A stretch of 64,000 bases of DNA from Squalus acanthias (Eukaryota), in assembly GCA_030390025.1 (NCBI GenBank), contig CM059432.1, forward strand, positions 70,682,001 through 70,746,000. The letters are read 5' to 3'. Both the position numbers and the translations under genes were made by a program. Within the stretch, counting starts at the first letter, position 1. The number at the start of each line of letters is the position of its first letter. This document shows positions 37,423 through 52,990 of this stretch, in pieces. The notes beneath the pieces were generated by a model. The model was not told the DNA's origin. It did not search any database and saw only the letters and a program-made list of their open reading frames with translations.

Positions 37423-37899
37423 GATTTCTAGAATCCCCCCAGAGGGAAAAACAAAAATTATTAAACAAGTAGAAGTCTGTTTGGCATAAACCTATAGCAA
37501 AGTGATTGAGTGTCTGCATCCCCAATGAACTTGAATCATTTAAACACACTCAGTGGGCTGAACGGCCCTCAGTTTTGGGCGCGGACTGAGTGCCTCCAAT
37601 GGCCTGTGGCTGTGCTGGAACATCCCAGTTGAAGTTTAGAGTCACATTTCCTTAGCACCAAATCAATGGCAGGTCACAGGTAACCGAGCACACGGAATTA
37701 ATCGTCAAAAATGCGGAAAGTTTTGCAAGTTTGTTCAGAAAGAGTTCAGAATGTTAGAGTGTAAACAACTAAAAAAAATATCAGTCAAACTCAGCGGCGC
37801 TTTAACTTGGAGACAATTGTTGGTGCTTCACTATCACCGAACTTTTGGGGGAAAAAAGTGAATTTTTTCCTCAACCTTTAACACGACACAAAGTGAAAA

Positions 37900-38116
37900 A
37901 ACCCAATTAGTCCGTACTCACTGCATAGAAGGGTTTAAACACGACCAATAGTATTCTACCGCGGTCTTACTAGACAAAAATCTTTTCAAAAGACATTTTT
38001 TCCTTTAAATTGGGAGCCATCGGCACCTGTTGGTGACGTCACATTAATTTATTCTTAAAGGAACCGTTCCTCTTAAAGAAACAGAAAAAAATCTCCTTTG
38101 TAACAATTGCCGTTGC
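37900..38116 (-). promoter_or_regulatory. Putative G2/M-type promoter and short non-coding exon 1 of the KIF20-like gene
   Basis: Donor GTGAGT at 37921; CHR TTTGAA (37990-37985) and variant TTTAAA (38004-38009); CCAAT boxes near 37945 and 38009-38013; CRE palindrome TGACGTCA (38034-38041); MYB-like AACNG sites near 38065 and 38112. Confidence 0.6.
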
Positions 38117-38354
38117 AAAATAGACCAAGAAGCCAAATCCTAAAAATGAACTTAGAATATAAACACATATAAAAATATATGGTGATATTGGAAGGTGTAG
38201 TTCATTTGCAATAATGTGCATAACCTCTTTGTTACGCTAATAAACAATCTCTGAAATTACCAGTTGAAAGATTAAACTGCACAACAGATTGTTGCTTTTT
38301 ACGACTTTTTCATGTTCATTTCAAAAATATGAATTTGACTCAATGTTAATGTTA

Positions 38355-38880
38355 CATAGAAACATAGAAGATAGGAGCAGGAGTAGGCCATTCGGCCCCT
38401 CGAGCCTGCTCCGCCATTTACTGAGATCATGGCTGATCATCCAAATTCAGTACCCTGTCCCTGCTTTCTCCCCATATCCCTTGGTCCCTTTAGCCTTAAG
38501 AAATATATCTAACTACTTCTTGAATATATTTAATGAATTGGCCTCAACTGCCTTCTGTGGTAGAGAATTCCACAGGTTCACCACTCTCTGGGTGAAGAAA
38601 TTCCTCCTCATCTCAGTCCTAAATGGCTTACCCCTTATCCTTAGACTGTGACCCCTGGTTCTGGACTCCCCCGCCATCGGGAACATCCTTTCTGCATCTA
38701 GTCTGTCTAGTCCTGTTAGAAGTTTATTAGTTTCAATGAGATCCCCTCTCATTCTTCTAAACTCTAGCGAATACAAGCCCATATGTCCCAATCTCTCTTC
38801 ATACGTCATTCCTGCCATCCCAGGTATCAGTCTGGTGAATCTTCGCTGCACTCCCTCCATGGCAAGAACATCCTTCCTCA
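38355..38880 (-). mobile_element. CR1 LINE 3' fragment
   Basis: ORF 38513-38860 has CR1 ORF2 C-terminal motifs; tail repeat present. Confidence 0.9.
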
Positions 38881-39095
38881 GATGCAGTTAGATGCAGTCA
38901 ACTTCCTTGATCAGTGAGTTGTAGTCTACACATCATATCACAGGCCAGAGGGGTTAATCTTTGTTTCAGTATTCTAATGTTTAATGTTATTTCAACAATA
39001 CTTTCAACTTTTAAACACAAAATCAGGAAGATAGGGTGTTTTAAATGTACATCATCTGGGTTTGAATATTTGACACGATAGATGTAAAACATATT

Positions 39096-39600
39096 GGGCC
39101 AGAATTTGTTGTCAAAATAACAGTGAGGTTAATGGCCCTCACCGTTATTTATGCGCAAATGGTACAGCAATTTTAGGCGAGGGACAGATGTGCAGTTAAA
39201 ATCTTCCTGCAGGTATTAATAGTTGTTGGAGATTTTTTAAATGCAAAATTTAAATTTAAAATTTTTTTTACTTTTCCTTTCTGTCTCTTTTTTTCTCTCA
39301 CTTCTTAACCCAAACTTAATTTCCCTCTCTTTATTTCTCTTTCTGTACCTGATTTGACATTGAATTCACTCACTCTAATTTACACTTCCTTCTCAGTCCT
39401 TGCTCTGTTTATTTCACAATCCTTCAATCTGATTGGTTAAGGCCCTGTTCACTCAGGATCCAGATGCCCTGTTTCCCTCATTGTGACGTTATCAGCTCAC
39501 ACTTTCAACAACTTGTCATGCAAAAAATTAAAAACATAAACGTACACAGGCATGTCTAACTACTTGCAGATGCCCTTAGATACCCTGTAAATTATTGCCC
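39096..39600. mobile_element. Older Harbinger-like MITE
   Basis: Imperfect TIRs GGGCCAGAATTT and AAATTATTGCCC; 3-bp TSD ATT/ATT. Confidence 0.6.
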
Positions 39601-40679
39601 ATTCAGTTTGTATCTGGTTCAAAGTATCTTTAACTTTATTGATTTCTGATCAAAGGTAAGCAGCCTTGTTCTGCAGCTGAAATGGCATTAGCTGGCATTC
39701 TGAAAACTGGTTTACTATGGTCAAAAGATATATTATAGTAAAACAGGCAACATATCCTATTCTGCTAGACCAGCATTGGAAATTGAAATGGACTAATAAC
39801 ATCTTATTTATCATTTCAAGCTCCATTTTATTATTCCTCAACATTCTTTATGGCCTCATGAAGTTTTTTTTAATATTCGTTCCTGGGATGTGGGCGGTCG
39901 CTGGCAAGGCCAGCATTTATTACCCATCCCTAATTGCCCTTGAGAAGGTGGTAGTGAGCCGCCTTCTTGAACCACTGCATTCCGTGTGGTGAAGGTGCTC
40001 CCACAGTGCTGTTAGGGAGGGAGTTCCAGGATTTTGATGCAGCGACGATGAAGGAACGGCGATATACTTCCGAGTCAGTGTGTGACTTGGAGGGGAACTT
40101 GGAGGTGGTGGTGTTCCCATGCACCTGCTGCCTTTGTCCTTCTAGGCCATAGAGGTCAAGGGTTTGGGAGGTGCTGCCAAAGAAGCCTTGGCGAGTTGCT
40201 GCAGTGCATCTTGTAGATGGTAAACACTGCAGCCACGGTATGCCGGTGATGGAGGGAGTGAATGTTTAAGGTGGTGGATGGGGTGCTAATCAAGTAAAAC
40301 AACAACTATTATATTTTTGAAACATAAATTATGAAAAAAAATGAAAAGATTAAACAAACATATGGAAAGCAAAGACTATATATTTTTAACATTTTTTGTA
40401 AGACTAAAACTAAAATGTGACACTAATTTGGGAGCAAAGGACAAGACTAAAATAAAGGCTAAATTTCTTCTGAAAACTATCAGTAAAACTAAAACTTTAA
40501 AGTCCAGAGGCAAGATGGCAAACCAAAATTAAAGTTATTTCTAAGTAAAACAGGACTATCAGAAATTTGATTTTTTAAATAAAAATCCGATCTTCAAGAA
40601 AAAATAAATACAAGATTCTGTGAAATAAAATTTAGCTACCTGGAAGCACACATTAAAAACCCAAACATTTTTTGATTTA

Positions 40680-41130
40680 AGAACATAAGAAATAGGAGCA
40701 GGAGTAGGCCATTTGGCCCTTCGAGCCTGCTCTGCCATTCAATAAGATCATGGCTGATCTTCTACCTCAACTCCACCTTCCTGTACTATCCCCATATCTC
40801 TTGATTTCCTTAGTACCCAAAAATTTATTGCCTCTGTCCTGAATATACTCAACGACTGAGCATCCACAGCCTTCTGGGGTAGAGAAGTCCAAAGATTCCC
40901 AACCCTTTGAGTGAAGAAATTTCTCCTCATCTCAGTCCCCCCTTATTCTGAGACTGTGGCCCCTAGTTCTAGACTCCCCAGCCAGGGGAAACATCCTCCC
41001 AGCATCTACCCCGTCAAGCCCCTTAAGAATTGAATGAGATCACCTCTCATTCTTCTAGACCCTAGAGAATATAGGCCTTGTCTACTCAATCTCTTCTCAT
41101 AGGTCAATCCCCCCATCTCAGGAATCAGTC
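40680..41130 (-). mobile_element. CR1 LINE 3' fragment
   Basis: [10 protein letters not shown] motif and tail. Confidence 0.85.
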
Positions 41131-42150
41131 TAGATTTGTTTTCAGGGTGTGGGCAACACTGGCAAGGCCACATTTCTTCCACTCTTAGTTGTCCTGAGAA
41201 TGTGGTGGGTTTTTTCCTTGAATTTCCACAGTCCTTGCAGTGATAGTACTCCTACAGTGGTGTTAGTCAGGGATTTCTATAATTTTGAGCCAGCAGCGAT
41301 GAAGAGATGCCAGTATGCCTCCAAATCAGCTTGGTGTGCGACTTGGAGGAGAACTTGTATGTGATGGTGTTCCTATGATATTGCTGCTCAGGTCTTTCTT
41401 GGTGGTAGAGGCTGTGGGGCTCAGAAGAGCTGTTTGAAGTAAGCTAGGCGAGTTGCTGCAGTGCATCCTATATATACGTATTACAGCTATAATGCGGCCG
41501 TCGTAGATATTGAGTTCAGTGGCAGAAATGCCAATCAAGCAGACTGCTTTGTCCTATATGGTGTTAGAAGTCCATGAATGTCGATGCAGCTGCACCCATC
41601 CAGGCAAATGATAAGTATTCCATCAAACTTCTGACTTGAACCTTGTACATAGAATTACATAGAACCTACAGCATAGAAACAGGCCATTTGGCCCAGCTGG
41701 CCATGCTGGTGTTTATACTCCATATGAGCCTCCTCCCAATCTAATTACCTCTTCCCACCCTGCCCCCATATTCCTCTATTCCCAGACGATATAGAGACTT
41801 TGAGGGGTCGGGATGTAAGCAATTTGTTATGAAATACTCAGTCTCTGCCCTGCTCGTAGCTATAGTATTGATATGGCTGGTCAAGTTAACCTTCTGTTGA
41901 GTGGTGACCCCCAGGGTGTTGATTGCGGGAGACACAGTGATGGTGATGCCGTTGACAGTCAGCGGGAGGTGGTTGGGCCTTATCCTGTTGGAGATGGTCA
42001 ATGACTGCCCCTTATTGCAGATGAACTTTCATTTCTGCCAGCTAAACATTGGAATGAACAAAGGTATTGTCTTTGCCCCTGCCACAAACCCTATACCCTT
42101 GCCACTTCCCTGGCGACTGTCTCAGGCTGAACCAGACTGTTTACAACCTT

Positions 42151-43099
42151 ACAATAGCCCTTGACTGTGTCCATTCCATTTCCTGCACCTCTGCTCTCAC
42201 CCCTTCCCCTCCCTCCCGGAACCACGATAGGGTTCCCCTTGTCCTCACCTTTCACCCCACCAGCCTCCACATTCAATGGATCATCCTCTGCCATTTCCGC
42301 CACCTCCAACGTGATCTCACCACCAAACGCATCTTCCCCTCACCTCCCCTTTCAGCATTCACTCCGCGACACCCTGGTCCACTCCTCAATCACCCCCAAC
42401 AGCCCTTCCCCTTCGCCCGGCACCTTCCCGTGCAAGTGCAGGAGATGCAACACATGCCCTTATACCTCCTCCCTTCCCACTGTCCAGGGCCCCAAACACC
42501 CCTTCCAGGTGAAACAGCGATTTACTTGTACTTCTTGCAATTTAGTATACTGTATTCGCTGCTCACGATGCGGTCTCCTCTACATTGGGGAGACCAAACG
42601 CAGATTGGGCGACCGCTTTGCGGAACACCTCCGTTCAGTCCGTAAGGGTGACCCCGAGCTTCCGGTCGCCTGTCACTTTAATTCTCCGCTCCACTCCCAC
42701 TCTGAGCTCTCTGTCCTCGGCCTCTTACACTGTCCCAATGAAGCTCAATGTAAGCTCAAGGAACAGCACCTCATCTTTCGATGAGGTACTTTACAGCCTT
42801 CTGGACTCAACATTGAGTTCAACAATTTCAGACTATAACCCCTGCCCCCATTTTTCAGGCTGTTGATGATTCTGCCATCCCCATTTGCAACATTTAATCT
42901 CTCCTGCCTCCTACCCTAGCACAAACTATTCCTTCAATTCCTTCCTCCCCTCCCCCTTTCCCTGCCTCTGTACCTGCTTAAAATCTGTTACATCTCTAAC
43001 CTTTTCCAGTTCTGATGAAGGGTCACAGACCTGAAACGTTAACTCTGTTTCTCTCTCCACGGATGCTGCCTGGCCTGCTGAGTGCTTCCAGCATTTTGT
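42151..43099 (+). mobile_element. 5'-truncated Penelope-like retroelement with GIY-YIG endonuclease and hammerhead-bearing 3' end
   Basis: ORF 42161-42784 has C..C..C and LVYCIRC..CGLLYIGET.R.L..RF.EH; 13-bp TSD TGTTTACA(A/G)CCTT at 42138-42150 and 43100-43112; interrupts an L2. Confidence 0.9.
43008..43044 (+). ncRNA. Minimal type I hammerhead ribozyme motif
   Basis: AGTT-CTGATGA-A-GGGTC-ACA-GACCT-GAAA-CG-TT-AACT; stems I and II pair; palindromic AACGTT replaces stem III. Confidence 0.75.
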
Positions 43100-43724
43100 T
43101 GTTTACAGCCTTGGTAGCCTCGTCTACCCGAGCTGAGCTTTCAACCCCCTATCCTCTCCATCATAAAGATCACCTACTTACACATCTATAACATCACCCA
43201 CCTCTGCCCCTACCTCAGCCAATCTGCTGCTGGAATCCTCATCCATGCCTTTGTCATATTTAAACAACTGTTTCAATGCTTTCTCTCATCCTCCATAAAC
43301 TTCAGCTCATCCAAAATTCTGCTGCCCATATCTTATATGGTCATGGGTGAAACTGCTATGATGGTTAAGCCAAGGACAGTGCCTTGAGGAATTCTGGCAG
43401 TAATGTCCTGAACACTGCAATAGTTTGCCTCCAAGAACCACAAGCATATTACTATATGTCAGGCCTAATTCCAGCCACTGGATGTTTTTCCACTGACCTG
43501 TTTTGCTAATCCTCCTTAGTCAAATGCTGCCTTGAGGTTGAGGGCAGCTACTCTCACCTCTCCTCCCAATTCCTAGATATCTTCTCAGGTAACAAAGGTT
43601 TGTTTTCATTATGGACTTTCCACTTTGTACTTGAAATATCACTGTAGAATCCATAATAGGCAAAGTAAAAAAAAAAGGCCTCCATAATTTGCCACGCCAC
43701 ATAATGCTAAGGTTCTTTAAAACT

Positions 43725-44910
43725 GAATTTATCCCTCCTCATCCTTCTTGACTTGTCTGCAGCCTTTGACACGATTGACCACTCTATCCTTCTCCAACGC
43801 CTCTCCACTGTCGTCCAGCTGGGTGGGACTGCACTCACCAGGTTCCATTCTTATCTATCGAATCGTAGCCAGAGAATCACCTGCAATGGCTTCTCTTCCC
43901 GCTCCCACATTGTTACCTCTGGTGTCCCCCAAGGATCTATCCTTGACCCCTCCTATTTCTCATCTACATGCTGCCCCTTGGCAACAGCATCCGAAAATAC
44001 AGTACGCTGATGACACGCAGCTCTACCTCACCACTTCTCTTGATGCCTCCACGGTCTCTAAATTGTCAGACTGCTTGTCCGACATCCAGTTCTGGATGAG
44101 CAGAAATTTTCTCCAATTAAATATTGGGAAGACCGAAGCCATTGTCACAAACTCCGTTCCCTAGCCAGACTCCATCCCTCTCCCTAACATCTGTCTGAGG
44201 CTGAACCACACTGTTCGCAACCTTGGTGTCATATTTGACCCTGAAATGAGCTTCCGACTACATATCCGCGGCATAACTAAGTCCACCTCCGTAACATCGT
44301 CCGTCTCCACCCTTGCCTCAGCTCATCCACTGCTGAAACCCTCATCCATGCCTTTGTTACCTCTAGACTTGACTGTTCCAACGCAATCCTGGCTGGCCTC
44401 CCACATTCTACCCTACATAAACTTGAGGTTATCCAAAGTTCAGCTACCCGTGTCCTAACTCGCACCAAGTCCCGTTCACCCATCACCCATGTGCTCGCTG
44501 ACCTATACTGGCTCCCGGTTAAGCAACACCTCGATTTCAAAATTCTCATCCTTGTTTTCAAATCCCTCCATGGCCTTGCCCCTTCCTATCTCTGCAATCT
44601 CCTCCACCCCCCGCAAGATATCTGCACTCCTCTAATTCTGCCCTCTTGAGCATCTCTGATTATAATTGTTCAACTATTGGTGGCCGTGCCTTCTGTTGCC
44701 TAGGCCCTAAACTCTGGAATTCCCTGCCTAAACCTCTCTGCCTCTTTCCTCCTTTAAGAAGTTCCTTAAAACCTACCTCATTGACCAAGCTTTTGGTCAC
44801 CTGCCCTAATTTCTCATGTCGCTCAGTGTCAAATTTTTTGTCTGACAATACTCCTGTGAAGCACCTTGAGATGTTTTACGTTAAAGGCACTATATAAATA
44901 CAAGCTGTTG
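43725..44910 (+). mobile_element. L2 LINE 3' half
   Basis: [24 protein letters not shown] motifs and 3' tail. Confidence 0.9.
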
Positions 44911-45514
44911 TCGATTATAAAGGTGGAAGTAGAAATGCAGGAAAATCCATGAAGTTATTTCTAGTAGCTCCAAGACTGACATGACTTTATACCTTAGGAG
45001 TAGCAAATAAGGTAATGGATATTATTTAAGCATTTAATTCATCAAGAATCTGCCTGATAAGAATGAGTGTCAAGACAGCAGCCCTCTATGCTATCATCTT
45101 TATTACACCTACACCCTCCATCAAACAATGGCATATATTGATCAAAATGAATTGTACCAGAGGATGTGCAATGAGAATGACACCAGTGTCAGAAGCAATT
45201 TGGCAGGAGATGGTATTAGTAAAGTTGACGTACAGAAACGGAAGTCAAAGCCTTTAGCAATTGTATGAAATAGCATGAGTGTAAAATCCTTACTATATGT
45301 AAGCATAGATACAATGTGCTCCAGTCTATTGAAGGATGGAGTGGATCACACATTCAGTGTGCCAAAATGAATTGGATGATGAAACATATTGAGGTGGTTT
45401 CATACCTGCCAAAAAAGGAATGTGCAGGGCTGTCAGTGTTGGTTGGGCCAGGTTCCACTTATTAGTTGGAGTGTTAAGCTGAGGCCTTAAGCAAGTCAAA
45501 GGGAAACTAATTTT

Positions 45515-45905
45515 TTTTTATTCATTCATGGGAGGTGGACATCACCAGCAAGGCCAGCATTTATTGCCCATTCCGAATTGCCCTGGAGAAGGTGGTGGTG
45601 AGCCACCTTCTTGAATACAACTGAGTGGCTTGCTAGGCCATTTCAGCAGGCAGTTAAGATTCAACCACAATGCTGTGGGTTTGGAGTCACATATAGGCCA
45701 GTCCGGGTAAGGACAGCAGATTTCCTTCCCAGAGGACATTAGTGAACCAGATGGGTTTTTACAGCAATCTGGTTGTTTCATAGTCACCATTACTGATACT
45801 AGCCTTTTTTAAATTCTAGATTTAATTATTTTGAATTTAAATTCCCCAGCTGCTGTGGTGAGATTTGAACTCTGGATCATTAGTCCAGTAACAACCGCTA
45901 TGTTA
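45515..45905 (-). mobile_element. Second tRNA-derived SINE family, with a 3' tail shared with the 9880-type LINE
   Basis: Head has B-box-like GAGTTCAAATC; 3' ~90 nt matches 9888-9981. Confidence 0.7.
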
Positions 45906-47225
45906 CTGTACATAGAATCTACAGCACAGAAACCAGCCTTTTGGACCAACTGGCTATGCTAGTATTTATACACTACACAAGCCTCCTCCTACTCCAATTA
46001 CTTCTTCCCACCCTACCCCCACATCCCTCTATTCCCAGATGATGAGACACTTGAGGGGTCAGGCATAAACCAGTGCTATGCACCTATCTTGACCAATGTC
46101 TGACTGCAATGTCTCTTCCTCTCTAGAATTTGTGCCGTTTGAAATTTGAACTGCAGTGAAGTCTGAATACGAATTTAGGTAAATGAGGACACACCAAAAA
46201 ACATCCTATTCTGACTCTTGGCAACATTTGTTTCCCCAGTTGTAATAATTTGGTCTGATAAGTACATGGTTGTATAAGCAGTAATTCTGTCACATTTCTG
46301 ACCAGTTCTAGTGCTTAAAATTACTGGAATCAATATGCAGTTTGATCTGTTTAAGATATCCACAAAAGCAGGGACACAATATTCTCTAGTCAAGTGTAGT
46401 TATGGCATTGACCAGTGCTGCCCACAGGGATTACCATAGCTATAGATATGACCTTACCAGGTGTTTATTAAATTGCATTTTTCCATTACATTTTATTTTG
46501 AGAGATAGTAAGGTACCTGGAGCTGGTACAAACACCAACACTACAACCAAAAAAAAATGGAGATAGCAACTAATTTGATGTGAACTACACATGATGGGCA
46601 CTCTGGTTGTGCCAGAAGAGAACGAGATCCCATCCGTTTACCTTTGTAGCATATGGTCGATAGAGGTTGGAGTTTAGATTCAATGGGAAATGTAATCATC
46701 TGTAATAGAACTGAATTTTGTATTTGTAATTATACCCAACTACATCCAAGGCTGAGATTTTTTTTTTTATAAAAAGAATTGATGATAAAGCTAAAGAAAT
46801 ATTTTGCTTTGAAAAGTTTAGGTATTATCCCAAACCAGTTAGTATGATTGACAACATACAATAAATATGGGGAAGAACCAGGTTTGGCAGCAGCTTGGCA
46901 ACATATCTTTCACCTCATTCACTCTGGAAGTAACCCATAGATATCTTGACTTAATTCAATGGGAGTTTTACTCGAGCCTTTAACGTTTGGGTGGCTACAG
47001 TGCATCTGTCATTTCACATCTTGATGGGCTTGCAATGCAGTGACTTGAATACTTGCAACTGTACATGAGTTATATTATTGCTGAATTAACCCCGCAGTAT
47101 AAACACTTGAGGGGACAAATTCCGTTACAAAAGTGAGGTTTCACTGAAAGCCTATTTGGACTTTAATATCCTTCTAAAATTAATAAATTTAATTAGAAAA
47201 AAGCACTATAGGATTTTAAGTTTCT

Positions 47226-47231
47226 TTTATT
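47226..47231 (-). terminator. RPS20 polyadenylation signal
   Basis: AATAAA 16 nt after the stop codon. Confidence 0.85.
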
Positions 47232-47247
47232 GTATTTCCATAGACAT

Positions 47248-52050
<4,803 letters not shown>

Positions 52051-52172
52051 GGTAACTTCCTGACCGACTTATCCGTCGACTCTTTCGGTTGGGATTTTGA
52101 AAGTGAACGAACAGCGGTGAGTCAGGAACACGCGAGCAGCCCTCAGCTCCGCACGAGCCCGCAGTCACAGCT

Positions 52173-52270
52173 AAAGAGGAAGCGGCGGGGCCTCGGCGGC
52201 GCTTAAATCCAGCTCGGGCAAACGCCCCGGAAGGAAACAACTTCTTGTTTTTGGGGGCGGGGCGGGGTGG
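52173..52270 (-). promoter_or_regulatory. RPS20 core promoter: TCT/5'TOP initiator, ETS (GABP-like) site and GC boxes within a CpG island (about 51720-52320)
   Basis: CTTCCTCTTT at 52182-52173; AT-rich TTTAA about 25-30 nt upstream; CCGGAA at 52227-52232; GGGGCGGGGCGGGG near 52254-52267. Confidence 0.85.
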
Positions 52271-52340
52271 GCTGGGCCGCCAGCTCAGAGAGCGCAAATC
52301 ACGGTGCCCGCAGCGGCGGGGTGACTCTTTCTTCATCATT

Positions 52341-52990
52341 GGCAATTGCCTATTAAAAAGTCAACCATTAGGGGGCACAAACAAATAACGACTGTAACTT
52401 AAAACAAATTAAAAGGAACCTTAACGAATTTAATTAAAATTTTGTTCCAGGGGTGACTTTATTTCAGGCAGTTGCCTAATTAAGTTTCAGCATTGGTTGT
52501 GCCCCCCCCCTCCATTTTAAAGGGACACAACCAATAAGGACTGTAACTTAAAAAACAAAAGAAAAGGAAACTTAACAAATCAAATTAAAATTCTATTCCC
52601 GGGGGTGATGATGCACTCCAGTCCCTGTGGTGCCCAGCGGGCGCAGATGGCCTCGAACATGCCGGCTGACACCGCGTGCTCCATCTCCAGGGCCACCCGG
52701 GCACGAACGAAGAGAGGCAGGCAGTCGGGCCGAACGACCGCCCGCTGCCTGGACCTGTCGATGGCCTCCTTGACCAGTCCCAGGAGCAGTCCCACGAGGA
52801 GATCCTCTGACTTGCCCGCTTCCCCCCCCCCCCCCCCCCCCCGCTACGCACCGGGTGACCAAAGATCAGGAGCGTGGGACTGACATGCAGCCAAAAATCA
52901 AGGAGCAGCCCCTTCAAACAGTGGAAGAGGGGCTGCAACCTCTCACACTCTATATAAACGTGGAAAACGAACTCCTCCAGGCTCCGCGGT
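52341..52990 (-). mobile_element. Tx1/L1-clade LINE 3' ends, two tandem copies (52467-52990 and 52341-52457)
   Basis: ORF2 C-terminal remnant FHVYIECERLQPLF...SPTLLIFGHPV...LLLGL.K.AI.RSR...RWAPQGLECII; the second short copy repeats the 3'UTR. Confidence 0.75.
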
